Below, one piece after another: positions 51,138 to 64,000 of a DNA stretch of 64,000 nucleotides; positions within the stretch are counted from its first letter, which is position 1, and each line of letters opens with the position of its first letter. The translations under genes and the position numbers were made by a program. Origin of the DNA: the human T2T-CHM13v2.0 reference genome, Homo sapiens. Where the stretch lies: NCBI RefSeq assembly GCF_009914755.1, contig NC_060946.1; one strand, given 5' to 3'. The notes under the pieces were generated by a model, which was not told the DNA's origin, did not search any database, and worked only from the letters and a program-made list of their open reading frames with translations.

Positions 51138-54100
51138 CTACTTTTTATACGTAATCCCGTTTCCAACGAAATCCTCCAAGCTATCCAAATATCCACTTGC
51201 AGATTCCACAGAAAGACTGTTTCAAAACTGCTCTGTCAATAGAAAGGTTCAACTCTGTTAGCTGCGTGCATATATCCCAAAGAAGATTCTGAGATTCCTT
51301 CTGTCTAGTTTTTATGGGAAGATATTTCCCTTTTCACCGTAGGCGTCAAGGCGCTCCAAATGTCCACTTCCAGATACTACAAAAAGAGTGTTTCAAACCT
51401 ACTCTGTGAAAGGGAATATTCAACTCTGTGACTTGAATGCACATATCACAAAGAAGTTTCTGAGAATGCTTCTGTCGAGATTTTATATGAAGATATTCCC
51501 GTTTCCAACGAAATCCTGAAATCTATCCAAATATCCCCTCGCAGATTCTACAAAAAGAGTGTTTCAAAACTGCTCTGTAAAAAGAAAGGTTCAACTCTGT
51601 TAGTTGAGTACACACATCACAAACAAGTTTCACAGAATGCTTCTTTCTAGCTTGTAGGGGAAGATATTCCCTTTATCACCATGGTCCTCAAACCGTCCGA
51701 AACGTCCACTTCCATATACTACAAAAAGAGCGTTTCAAACCTGCTCTAGGAAAGGCAATGTTCAACTCTGTGACTTGAATGCAGACATCACAGAGCAGTT
51801 TCTGAGAATGCTTCTGTCTAGATTTTATAGGAAGATATTCCCGTTTCCAACGAAATCTTCACAGCTATCCAAATATCCACTTGCAGATTCTACAAAAAGA
51901 GTGTATCAAAACTGCTCTGTCAAAAGGAAGGTTCTTCTCTGTTAGGTGAGTGCATACGTCATAAAGGAGTTTCTGAGAATGTTTCTGTCTAGTGGTTATG
52001 GGAAGATATTTGCTTTTTCACCGTAGGCCTCAGAGCGCTCCAAATATCCACTTGCACATACTACAAAAAGAGTGCCTCAAAGCTGCTCTCTGAAACGGAA
52101 TGTTCAACTCTATGAGTTGAATGCAAACATCACAAAGACGTTTCTGAGAATGCTTCTGTCTAGATTTGATATGAAGATATTCCCGTTTCCAACGAAATCT
52201 TCAAATCTATCCAAATGTCCACTTGCAGATTCAACAAAAAGTGTTTTTCAGAACTGCTGTATCAAAAGAAAGATCCACGTCTGTTAGCTGAGTTCACACA
52301 TCACAAACAAGTTTATGAGAATGCTTCTGTCTAGTTTTTATTTGAAGATATTTCCTTTCTCACCATAGACCTGAAAGCTGTCCTAATGTTCACTTCCAGA
52401 TACTACAGAAAGAGTGTTTCAAAACTGCTGTACGAAAGGGAATTTTCAACTCTGTGACTTGAATGCACACATCACAAAGAAGTTTCTGAGGATGCTGCTG
52501 TCTACTTTTTATACGTAATCCCGTTTCCAACGAAATCCTCCAAGCTATCCAAATATCCACTTGCAGATTCCACAGAAAGACTGTTTCAAAACTGCTCTGT
52601 CAATAGAAAGGTTCAACTCTGTTAGCTGCGTGCATATATCCCAAAGAAGATTCTGAGATTGCTTCTGTCTAGTTTTTATGGGAAGATATTTCCCTTTTCA
52701 CCGTAGGCGTCAAGGCGCTCCAAAGGTCCACTTCCAGATACTACAAAAAGAGTGTTTCAAACCTACTCTGTGAAAGGGAATATTCAACTCTGTGACTTGA
52801 ATGCACATATCACAAAGAAGTTTCTGAGAATGCTTCTGTCGAGATTTTATATGAAGATATTCCCGTTTCCAACGAAATCCTGAAATCTATCCAAATATCC
52901 CCTCGCAGATTCTACAAAAAGAGTGTTTCAAAACTGCTCTGTAAAAAGAAAGGTTCAACTCTGTTAGTTGAGTACACACATCACAAACAAGTTTCACAGA
53001 ATGCTTCTTTCTAGCTTGTAGGGGAAGATATTCCCTTTATCACCATGGTCCTCAAACCGTCCGAAACGTCCACTTCCATATACTACAAAAAGAGCGTTTC
53101 AAACCTGCTCTAGGAAAGGCAATGTTCAACTCTGTGACTTGAATGCAGACATCACAGAACAGTTTCTGAGAATGCTTCTGTCTAGATTTTATAGGAAGAT
53201 ATTCCCGTTTCCAACAAAATCTTCACAGCTATCCAAATATCCACTTGCAGATTCTACAAAAAGAGTGTATCAAAACTGCTCTGTCAAAAGGAAGGTTCTT
53301 CTCTGTTAGGTGAGTGCATACGTCATAAAGGAGTTTCTGAGAATGTTTCTGTCTAGTGGTTATGGGAAGATATTTGCTTTTTCACCGTAGGCCTCAGAGC
53401 GCTCCAAATATCCACTTGCACATACTACAAAAAGAGTGCCTCAAAGCTGCTCTCTGAAACGGAATGTTCAACTCTATGAGTTGAATGCAAACATCACAAA
53501 GACGTTTCTGAGAATGCTTCTGTCTAGATTTGATATGAAGATATTCCCGTTTCCAACGAAATCTTCAAATCTATCCAAATGTCCACTTGCAGATTCAACA
53601 AAAAGTGTTTTTCAGAACTGCTCTATCAAAAGAAAGATCCACCTCTGTTAGCTGAGTTCACACATCACAAACAAGTTTATGAGAATGCTTCTGTCTAGTT
53701 TTTATTTGAAGATATTTCCTTTCTCACCATAGACCTGAAAGCTGTCCTAATGTTCACTTCCAGATACTACAGAAAGAGTGTTTCAAAACTGCTGTACGAA
53801 AGGGAATGTTCAACTCTGTGACTTGAATGCACACATCACAAAGAAGTTTCTGAGGATGCTGCTGTCTACTTTTTATACGTAATCCCGTTTCCAACGAAAT
53901 CCTCCAAGCTATCCAAATATCCACTTGCAGATTCCACAGAAAGACTGTTTCAAAACTGCTCTGTCAATAGAAAGGTTCAACTCTGCTAGCTGCGTGCATA
54001 TATCCCAAAGAAGATTCTGAGATTCCTTCTGTCTAGTTTTTATGGGAAGATATTTCCCTTTTCACCGTAGGCGTCAAGGCGCTCCAAATGTCCACTTCCA

Positions 54101-57100
54101 GATACTACAAAAAGAGTGTTTCAAACCTACTCTGTGAAAGGGAATATTCAACTCTGTGACTTGAATGCACATATCACAAAGAAGTTTCTGAGAATGCTTC
54201 TGTCGAGATTTTATATGAAGATATTCCCGTTTCCAACGAAATCCTGAAATCTATCCAAATATCCCCTCGCAGATTCTACAAAAAGAGTGTTTCAAAACTG
54301 CTCTGTAAAAAGAAAGGTTCAACTCTGTTAGTTGAGTACACACATCACAAACAAGTTTCACAGAATGCTTCTTTCTAGCTTGTAGGGGAAGATATTCCCT
54401 TTCTCACCATGGGCCTCCAACCGTCCGAAACATCCACTTCCATATACTACAAAAAGAGCGTTTCAAACCTGCTCTATGAAAGGCAATGTTCAACTCTGTG
54501 ACTTGAAAGCAGACATCACAGAGCAGTTTCTGAGAATGCTTCTGTCTAGATTTTATAGGAAGATATTCCCGTTTCCAACGAAATCTTCACAGCTATCCAA
54601 ATATCCACTTGCAGATTCTACAAAAAGAGTGTATCAAAACTGCTCTGTCAAAAGGAAGGTTCTTCTCTGTTAGGTGAGTGCATATGTCATAAAGGAGTTT
54701 CTGAGAATGTTTCTGTCTAGTGGTTATGGGAAGATATTTGCTTTTTCACCGTAGGCCTCAGAGCGCTCCAAATATCCACTTGCACAAACTACAAAAAGAG
54801 TGCCTCAAAGCTGCTCTCTGAAACGGAATGTTCAACTCTATGAGTTGAATGCAAACATCACAAAGACGTTTCTGAGAATGCTTCTGTCTAGATTTGATAT
54901 GAAGATATTCCCGTTTCCAACGAAATCTTCAAATCTATCCAAATGTCCACTTGCAGATTCAACAAAAAGTGTTTTTCAGAACTGCTCTATCAAAAGAAAG
55001 ATCCACCTCTGTTAGCTGAGTTCACACATCACAAACAAGTTTATGAGAATGCTTCTGTCTAGTTTTTATTTGAAGATATTTCCTTTCTCACCATAGACCT
55101 GAAAGCTGTCCTAATGTTCACTTCCAGATACTACAGAAAGAGTGTTTCAAAACTGCTGTACGAAAGGGAATGTTCAACTCTGTGACTTGAATGCACACAT
55201 CACAAAGAAGTTTCTGAGGATGCTGCTGTCTACTTTTTATACGTAATCCCGTTTCCAACGAAATCCTCCAAGCTATCCAAACATCCACTTACAGATTCCA
55301 CAGAAAGACTGTTTCAAAACTGCTCTGTCAATAGAAAGGTTCAACTCTGTTAGCTGCGTGCATATATCCCAAAGAAGATTCTGAGATTGCTTCTGTCTAG
55401 TTTTTATGGGAAGATATTTCCCTTTTCACCGTAGGCGTCAAGGCGCTCCAAATGTCCACTTCCAGATACTACAAAAAGAGTGTTTCAAACCTACTCTGTG
55501 AAAGCGAATATTCAACTCTGTGACTTGAATGCACATATCACAAAGAAGTTTCTGAGAATGCTTCTGTCGAGATTTTATATGAAGATATTCCCGTTTCCAA
55601 CGAAATCCTGAAATCTATCCAAATATCCCCTCGCAGATTCTACAAAAAGAGTGTTTCAAAACTGCTCTGTAAAAAGAAAGGTTCAACTCTGTTAGTTGAG
55701 TACACACATCACAAACAAGTTTCACAGAATGCTTCTTTCTAGCTTGTAGGGGAAGATATTCCCTTTATCACCATGGGCCTCCAACCGTCCGAAACGTCCA
55801 CTTCCATATACTACAAAAAGAGCGTTTCAAACCTGCTCTATGAAAGGCAATGTTCAACTCTGTGACTTGAATGCAGACATCACAGAGCAGTTTCTGAGAA
55901 TGCTTCTGTCTAGATTTTATAGGAAGATATTCCCGTTTCCAACGAAATCTTCACAGCTATCCAAATATCCACTTGCAGATTCTACAAAAAGAGTGTATCA
56001 AAACTGCTCTGTCAAAAGGAAGGTTCTTCTCTGTTAGGTGAGTGCATACGTCATAAAGGAGTTTCTGAGAATGTTTCTGTCTAGTGGTTATGGGAAGATA
56101 TTTGCTTTTTCACCGTAGGCCTCAGAGCGCTCCAAATATCCACTTGCACATACTACAAAAAGAGTGCCTCAAAGCTGCTCTCTGAAACGGAATGTTCAAC
56201 TCTATGAGTTGAATGCAAACATCACAAAGACGTTTCTGAGAATGCTTCTGTCTAGATTTGATATGAAGATATTCCCGTTTCCAACGAAATCTTCAAATCT
56301 ATCCAAATGTCCACTTGCAGATTCAACAAAAAGTGTTTTTCAGAACTGCTCTATCAAAAGAAAGATCCACCTCTGTTAGCTGAGTTCACACATCACAAAC
56401 AAGTTTATGAGAATGCTTCTGTCTAGTTTTTATTTGAAGATATTTCCTTTCTCACCATAGACCTGAAAGCTGTCCTAATGTTCACTTCCAGATACTACAG
56501 AAAGAGTGTTTCAAAACTGCTGTACGAAAGGGAATGTTCAACTCTGTGACTTGAATGCACACATCACAAAGAAGTTTCTGAGGATGCTGCTGTCTACTTT
56601 TTATACGTAATCCCGTTTCCAACGAAATCCTCCAAGCTATCCAAATATCCACTTGCAGATTCCACAGAAAGACTGTTTCAAAACTGCTCTGTCAATAGAA
56701 AGGTTCAACTCTGTTAGCTGCGTGCATATATCCCGAAGAAGATTCTGAGATTCCTTCTGTCTAGTTTTTATGGGAAGATATTTCCCTTTTCACCGTAGGC
56801 GTCAAGGCGCTCCAAATGTCCACTTCCAGATACTACAAAAAGAGTGTTTCAAACCTACTCTGTGAAAGGGAATATTCAACTCTGTGACTTGAATGCACAT
56901 ATCACAAAGAAGTTTCTGAGAATGCTTCTGTCGAGATTTTATATGAAGATATTCCCGTTTCCAACGAAATCCTGAAATCTATCCAAATATCCCCTCGCAG
57001 ATTCTACAAAAAGAGTGTTTCAAAACTGTTCTGTAAAAAGAAAGGTTCAACTCTGTTAGTTGAGTACACACATCACAAACAAGTATCACAGAATGCTTCT

Positions 57101-60100
57101 TTCTAGCTTGTAGGGGAAGATATTCCCTTTATCACCATGGGCCTCAAACCGTCCGAAACGTCCACTTCCATATACTTCAAAAAGAGCGTTTCAAACCTGC
57201 TCTATGAAAGGCAATGTTCAACTCTGTGACTTGAATGCAGACATCACAGAGCTGTTTATGAGAATGCTTCTGTCTAGATTTTATAGGATGATATTCCCGT
57301 TTCCAACGAAATCTTCACAGCTATCCAAATATCCACTTGCAGATTCTACAAAAAGAGTGTATCCAAACTGCTCTGGCAAAAGGAAGGTTCTTCTCTGTTA
57401 GGTGAGTGCATACGTCATAAAGGAGTTTCTGAGAATGTTTCTGTCTAGTGGTTATGGGAAGATATTTGCTTTTTCACCATAGGCCTCAGAGCGCTCCAAA
57501 TATCCACTTGCACATACTACAAAAAGAGTGCCTCAAAGCTGCTCTCTGAAATGGAATGTTCAACTCTATGAGTTGAATGCAAACATCACAAAGACGTTTC
57601 TGAGAATGCTTCTGTCTAGATTTGATATGAAGATATTCCCGTTTCCAACGAAATCTTCAAATCTATCCAAATGTCCACTTGCAGATTCAACAAAAAGTGT
57701 TTTTCAGAACTGCTCTATCAAAAGAAAGATCCACCTCTGTTAGCTGAGTTCACACATCCAAACAAGTTTATGAGAATGCTTCTGTCTAGTTTTTATTTGA
57801 AGATATTTCCTTTCTCACCATAGACCTGAAAGCTGTCCTAATGTTCACTTCCAGATACTACAGAAAGAGTGTTTAAAAACTGCTGTACGAAAGGGAATGT
57901 TCAACTCTGTGACTTGAATGCACACATCACAAAGAAGTTTCTGAGGATGCTGCTGTCTACTTTTTATACGTAATCCCGTTTCCAACGAAATCCTCCAAGC
58001 TATCCAAATATCCACTTGCAGATTCCACAGAAAGACTGTTTCAAAACTGCTCTGTCAATAGAAAGGTTCAACTCTGTTAGCTGCGTGCATATATCCCAAA
58101 GAAGATTCTGAGATTGCTTCTGTCTAGTTTTTATGGGAAGATATTTCCCTTTTCACCGTAGGTGTCAAGGCGCTCCAAATGTCCACTTCCAGATACTACA
58201 AAAAGAGTGTTTCAAACCTACTCTGTGAAAAGGAATATTCAACTCTGTGACTTGAATGCACATATCACAAAGAAGTTTCTGAGAATGCTTCTGTCGAGAT
58301 TTTATATGAAGATATTCCCGTTTCCAACGAAATCCTGAAATCTATCCAAATATCCCCTCGCAGATTCTACAAAAAGAGTGTTTCAAAACTGCTCTGTAAA
58401 AAGAAAGGTTCAACTCTGTTAGTTGAGTACACACATCACAAACAAGTTTCACAGAATGCTTCTTTCTAGCTTGTAGGGGAAGATATTCCCTTTATCACCA
58501 TGGGCCTCCAACCGTCCGAAACGTCCACTTCCATATACTACAAAAAGAGCGTTTCAAACCTGCTCTAGGAAAGGCAATGTTCAACTCTGTGACTTGAATG
58601 CAGACATCACAGAGCAGTTTCTGAGAATGCTTCTGTCTAGATTTTATAGGAAGATATTCCCGTTTCCAACGAAATCTTCACAGCTATCCAAATATCCACT
58701 TGCAGATTCTACAAAAAGAGTGTATCAAAACTGCTCTGTCAAAAGGAAGGTTCTTCTCTGTTAGGTGAGTGCATACGTCATAAAGGAGTTTCTGAGAATG
58801 TTTCTGTCTAGTGGTTATGGGAAGATATTTGCTTTTTCACCGTAGGCCTCAGAGCGCTCCAAATATCCACTTGCACATACTACAAAAAGAGTGCCTCAAA
58901 GCTGCTCTCTGAAACGGAATGTTCAACTCTATGAGTTGAATGCAAACATCACAAAGACGTTTCTGAGAATGCTTCTGTCTAGATTTGATATGAAGATATT
59001 CCCGTTTCCAACGAAATCTTCAAATCTATCCAAATGTCCACTTGCAGATTCAACAAAAAGTGTTTTTCAGAACTGCTCTATCAAAAGAAAGATCCACCTC
59101 TGTTAGCTGAGTTCACACATCACAAACAAGTTTATGAGAATGCTTCTGTCTAGTTTTTATTTGAAGATATTTCCTTTCTCACCATAGACCTGAAAGCTGT
59201 CCTAATGTTCACTTCCAGATACTACAGAAAGAGTGTTTCAAAACTGCTGTACGAAAGGGAATGTTCAACTCTGTGACTTGAATGCACACATCACAAAGAA
59301 GTTTCTGAGGATGCTGCTGTCTACTTTTTATACGTAATCCCGTTTCCAACGAAATCCTCCAAGCTATCCAAATATCCACTTGCAGATTCCACAGAAAGAC
59401 TGTTTCAAAACTGCTCTGTCAATAGAAAGGTTCAACTCTGTTAGCTGCGTGCATATATCCCAAAGAAGATTCTGAGATTGCTTCTGTCTAGTTTTTATGG
59501 GAAGATATTTCCCTTTTCACCGTAGGCGTCAAGGCGCTCCAAATGTCCACTTCCAGATACTACAAAAAGAGTGTTTCAAACCTACTCTGTGAAAGGGAAT
59601 ATTCAACTCTGTGACTTGAATGCACATATCACAAAGAAGTTTCTGAGAATGCTTCTGTCGAGATTTTATATGAAGATATTCCCGTTTCCAACGAAATCCT
59701 GAAATCTATCCAAATATCCCCTCGCAGATTCTACAAAAAGAGTGTTTCAAAACTGCTCTGTAAAAAGAAAGGTTCAACTCTGTTAGTTGAGTACACACAT
59801 CACAAACAAGTTTCACAGAATGCTTCTTTCTAGCTTGTAGGGGAAGATATTCCCTTTATCACCATGGTCCTCAAACCGTCCGAAACGTCCACTTCCATAT
59901 ACTACAAAAAGAGCGTTTCAAACCTGCTCTAGGAAAGGCAATGTTCAACTCTGTGACTTGAATGCAGACATCACAGAACAGTTTCTGAGAATGCTTCTGT
60001 CTAGATTTTATAGGAAGATATTCCCGTTTCCAACGAAATCTTCACAGCTATCCAAATATCCACTTGCAGATTCTACAAAAAGAGTGTATCAAAACTGCTC

Positions 60101-63100
60101 TGTCAAAAGGAAGGTTCTTCTCTGTTAGGTGAGTGCATACGTCATAAAGGAGTTTCTGAGAATGTTTCTGTCCAGTGGTTATGGGAAGATATTTGCTTTT
60201 TCACCGTAGGCCTCAGAGCGCTCCAAATATCCACTTGCACATACTACAAAAAGAGTGCCTCAAAGCTGCTCTCTGAAACGGAATGTTCAACTCTATGAGT
60301 TGAATGCAAACATCACAAAGACGTTTCTGAGAATGCTTCTGTCTAGATTTGATATGAAGATATTCCCGTTTCCAACGAAATCTTCAAATCTATCCAAATG
60401 TCCACTTGCAGATTCAACAAAAAGTGTTTTTCAGAACTGCTCTATCAAAAGAAAGATCCACCTCTGTTAGCTGAGTTCACACATCACAAACAAGTTTATG
60501 AGAATGCTTCTGTCTAGTTTTTATTTGAAGATATTTCCTTTCTCACCATAGACCTGAAAGCTGTCCTAATGTTCACTTCCAGATACTACAGAAAGAGTGT
60601 TTCAAAACTGCTGTACGAAAGGGAATGTTCAACTCTGTGACTTGAATGCACACATCACAAAGAAGTTTCTGAGGATGCTGCTGTCTACTTTTTATACGTA
60701 ATACCGTTTCCAACGAAATCCTCCAAGCTATCCAAATATCCACTTGCAGATTCCACAGAAAGACTGTTTCAAAACTGCTCTGTCAATAGAAAGGTTCAAC
60801 TCTGTTAGCTGCGTGCATATATCCCAAAGAAGATTCTGAGATTGCTTCTGTCTAGTTTTTATGGGAAGATATTTCCCTTTTCACCGTAGGCGTCAAGGCG
60901 CTCCAAATGTCCACTTCCAGATACTACAAAAAGAGTGTTTCAAACCTACTCTGTGAAAGCGAATATTCAACTCTGTGACTTGAATGCACATATCACAAAG
61001 AAGTTTCTGAGAATGCTTCTGTCGAGATTTTATATGAAGATATTCCCGTTTCCAAAGAAATCCTGAAATCTATCCAAATATCCCCTCGCAGATTCTACAA
61101 AAAGAGTGTTTCAAAACTGCTCTGTAAAAAGAAAGGTTCAACTCTGTTAGTTGAGTACACACATCACAAACAAGTTTCACAGAATGCTTCTTTCTAGCTT
61201 GTAGGGGAAGATATTCCCTTTATCACCATGGGCCTCCAACCGTCCGAAACGTCCACTTCCATATACTACAAAAAGAGCGTTTCAAACCTGCTCTATGAAA
61301 GGCAATGTTCAACTCTGTGACTTGAATGCAGACATCACAGAGCAGTTTCTGAGAATGCTTCTGTCTAGATTTTATAGGAAGATATTCCCGTTTCCAACGA
61401 AATCTTCACAGCTATCCAAATATCCACTTGCAGATTCTACAAAAAGAGTGTATCAAAACTGCTCTGTCAAAAGGAAGGTTCTTCTCTGTTAGGTGAGTGC
61501 ATACGTCATAAAGGAGTTTCTGAGAATGTTTCTGTCTAGTGGTTATGGGAAGATATTTGCTTTTTCACCGTAGGCCTCAGAGCGCTCCAAATATCCACTT
61601 GCACATACTACAAAAAGAGTGCCTCAAAGCTGCTCTCTGAAACGGAATGTTCAACTCTATGAGTTGAATGCAAACATCACAAAGACGTTTCTGAGAATGC
61701 TTCTGTCTAGATTTGATATGAAGATATTCCCGTTTCCAACGAAATCTTCAAATCTATCCAAATGTCCACTTGCAGATTCAACAAAAAGTGTTTTTCAGAA
61801 CTGCTCTATCAAAAGAAAGATCCACCTCTGTTAGCTGAGTTCACACATCACAAACAAGTTTATGAGAATGCTTCTGTCTAGTTTTTATTTGAAGATATTT
61901 CCTTTCTCACCATAGACCTGAAAGCTGTCCTAATGTTCACTTCCAGATACTACAGAAAGAGTGTTTCAAAACTGCTGTACGAAAGGGAATGTTCAACTCT
62001 GTGACTTGAATGCACACATCACAAAGAAGTTTCTGAGGATGCTGCTGTCTACTTTTTATACGTAATCCCGTTTCCAACGAAATCCTCCAAGCTATCCAAA
62101 TATCCACTTGCAGATTCCACAGAAAGACTGTTTCAAAACTGCTCTGTCAATAGAAAGGTTCAACTCTGTTAGCTGCGTGCATATATCCCAAAGAAGATTC
62201 TGAGATTGCTTCTGTCTAGTTTTTATGGGAAGATATTTCCCTTTTCACCGTAGGCGTCAAGGCGCTCCAAATGTCCACTTCCAGATACTACAAAAAGAGT
62301 GTTTCAAACCTACTCTGTGAAAGCGAATATTCAACTCTGTGACTTGAATGCACATATCACAAAGAAGTTTCTGAGAATGCTTCTGTCGAGATTTTATATG
62401 AAGATATTCCCGTTTCCAACGAAATCCTGAAATCTATCCAAATATCCCCTCGCAGATTCTACAAAAAGAGTGTTTCAAAACTGCTCTGTAAAAAGAAAGG
62501 TTCAACTCTGTTAGTTGAGTACACACATCACAAACAAGTTTCACAGAATGCTTCTTTCTAGCTTGTAGGGGAAGATATTCCCTTTATCACCATGGGCCTC
62601 CAAACGTCCGAAACGTCCACTTCCATATACTACAAAAAGAGCGTTTCAAACCTGCTCTAGGAAAGGCAATGTTCAACTCTGTGACTTGAATGCAGACATC
62701 ACAGAGCAGTTTCTGAGAATGCTTCTGTCTAGATTTTATAGGAAGATATTCCCGTTTCCAACGAAATCTTCACAGCTATCCAAATATCCACTTGCAGATT
62801 CTACAAAAAGAGTGTATCAAAACTGCTCTGTCAAAAGGAAGGTTCTTCTCTGTTAGGTGAGTGCATACGTCATAAAGGAGTTTCTGAGAATGTTTCTGTC
62901 TAGTGGTTATGGGAAGATATTTGCTTTTTCACCGTAGGCCTCAGAGCGCTCCAAATATCCACTTGCACATACTACAAAAAGAGTGCCTCAAAGCTGCTCT
63001 CTGAAACGGAATGTTCAACTCTATGAGTTGAATGCAAACATCACAAAGACGTTTCTGAGAATGCTTCTGTCTAGATTTGATATGAAGATATTCCCGTTTC

Positions 63101-64000
63101 CAACGAAATCTTCAAATCTATCCAAATGTCCACTTGCAGATTCAACAAAAAGTGTTTTTCAGAACTGCTCTATCAAAAGAAAGATCCACCTCTGTTAGCT
63201 GAGTTCACACATCACAAACAAGTTTATGAGAATGCTTCTGTCTAGTTTTTATTTGAAGATATTTCCTTTCTCACCATAGACCTGAAAGCTGTCCTAATGT
63301 TCACTTCCAGATACTACAGAAAGAGTGTTTCAAAACTGCTGTACGAAAGGGAATGTTCAACTCTGTGACTTGAATGCACACATCACAAAGAAGTTTCTGA
63401 GGATGCTGCTGTCTACTTTTTATACGTAATCCCGTTTCCAACGAAATCCTCCAAGCTATCCAAATATCCACTTGCAGATTCCACAGAAAGACTGTTTCAA
63501 AACTGCTCTGTCAATAGAAAGGTTCAACTCTGTTAGCTGCGTGCATATATCCCAAAGAAGATTCTGAGATTGCTTCTGTCTAGTTTTTATGGGAAGATAT
63601 TTCCCTTTTCACCGTAGGCGTCAAGGCGCTCCAAATGTCCACTTCCAGATACTACAAAAAGAGTGTTTCAAACCTACTCTGTGAAAGGGAATATTCAACT
63701 CTGTGACTTGAATGCACATATCACAAAGAAGTTTCTGAGAATGCTTCTGTCGAGATTTTATATGAAGATGTTCCCGTTTCCAACGAAATCCTGAAATCTA
63801 TCCAAATATCACCTCGCAGATTCTACAAAAAGAGTGTTTCAAAACTGCTCTGTAAAAAGAAAGTTTCAACTCTGTTACTTGAGTACACACATCACAAACA
63901 AGTTTCACAGAATGCTTCTTTCTAGCTTGTAGGGGAAGATATTCCCTTTATCACCATGGTCCTCAAACCGTCCGAAACGTCCACTTCCATATACTACAAA

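Larger units (their letters stand above)
1..64000 (-). repeat. Centromeric alpha-satellite higher-order repeat array (SF2-type dimeric monomers, 8-mer HOR of 1363-1364 bp), continuing past both window ends
   Basis: Typical alphoid motifs recur about every 171 bp (ttcaactctgtgacttgaatgca, tttctgagaatgcttctgtctag, tccacttgcagattctacaaaaagagtgtttcaaaactgctct). The same 71-aa ORF marker recurs every 1363/1364 bp from 935 to 62983. Strand is given as the one on which CENP-B boxes read TTTCGTTGGAAACGGGA. Confidence 0.99.

Noticed and set aside
7428-61492. 65-aa ORF (MKGNVQLCDLNADIT...) in a subset of units
   Set aside because: It appears only where an AGG/ATG SNP supplies a start codon. Its similarity to the 71-aa ORF reflects the 342-bp dimer homology, not protein paralogy.
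935-63198. 45 copies of a 71-aa ORF (MPQSCSLKRNVQL...)
   Set aside because: It starts at GTG, is a chance stop-free frame in alpha satellite, repeats only because the HOR repeats, and has no gene context. Used only as a positional marker.
18-63788. CRISPR-like pattern of a conserved 17-31 bp repeat at regular spacing
   Set aside because: The repeat is the CENP-B box. The ~320-bp intervals are homologous to each other rather than unique spacers, and there are no cas genes.
1-64000. Transposon insertion, inversion or non-satellite island
   Set aside because: Marker spacing accounts for every base (1363, 1364 or 1364+1022) and all boxes keep one orientation, leaving no room for inserted or inverted sequence.
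1-64000. Claim that this window is the active kinetochore (CENP-A) site
   Set aside because: Homogeneity and dense intact boxes indicate a live-type HOR array, but the CENP-A domain is epigenetically defined and cannot be read from sequence.
1-64000. A previously undescribed biological system
   Set aside because: Everything seen fits known alpha-satellite structure and turnover. Only the specific variant and duplication history may be uncatalogued.

Overview
The whole 64 kb window is one uninterrupted, head-to-tail array of primate (very probably human) centromeric alpha satellite. Monomers of about 171 bp alternate between a CENP-B-box type and an A-box (pJ-alpha) type, the dimeric pattern of suprachromosomal family 2. 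They are organised into an 8-monomer higher-order repeat (HOR) of 1363-1364 bp. Phased on base 1, the window holds 45 full 8-mers, two 6-mer deletion variants (1022 bp) and one partial unit. The unit length, two XbaI sites and one TaqI site per unit and no EcoRI site seen best fit the chr14/22 'alphaXT' array (D14Z9/D22Z1); this assignment needs an alignment to confirm. I found no genes, mobile elements, inversions or unique sequence, and all ORFs in the track are by-products of the repeat. I do not see an undescribed coding system. The information is in the variant pattern between HOR copies, which I typed by eye. It shows a 6-mer deletion whose breakpoint falls in the CENP-B box segment, nested 4.1, 5.5 and 16-20 kb duplications, chimeric units, five mutated CENP-B boxes, a four-allele site, CpG decay, and a left-to-right change in haplotype composition.
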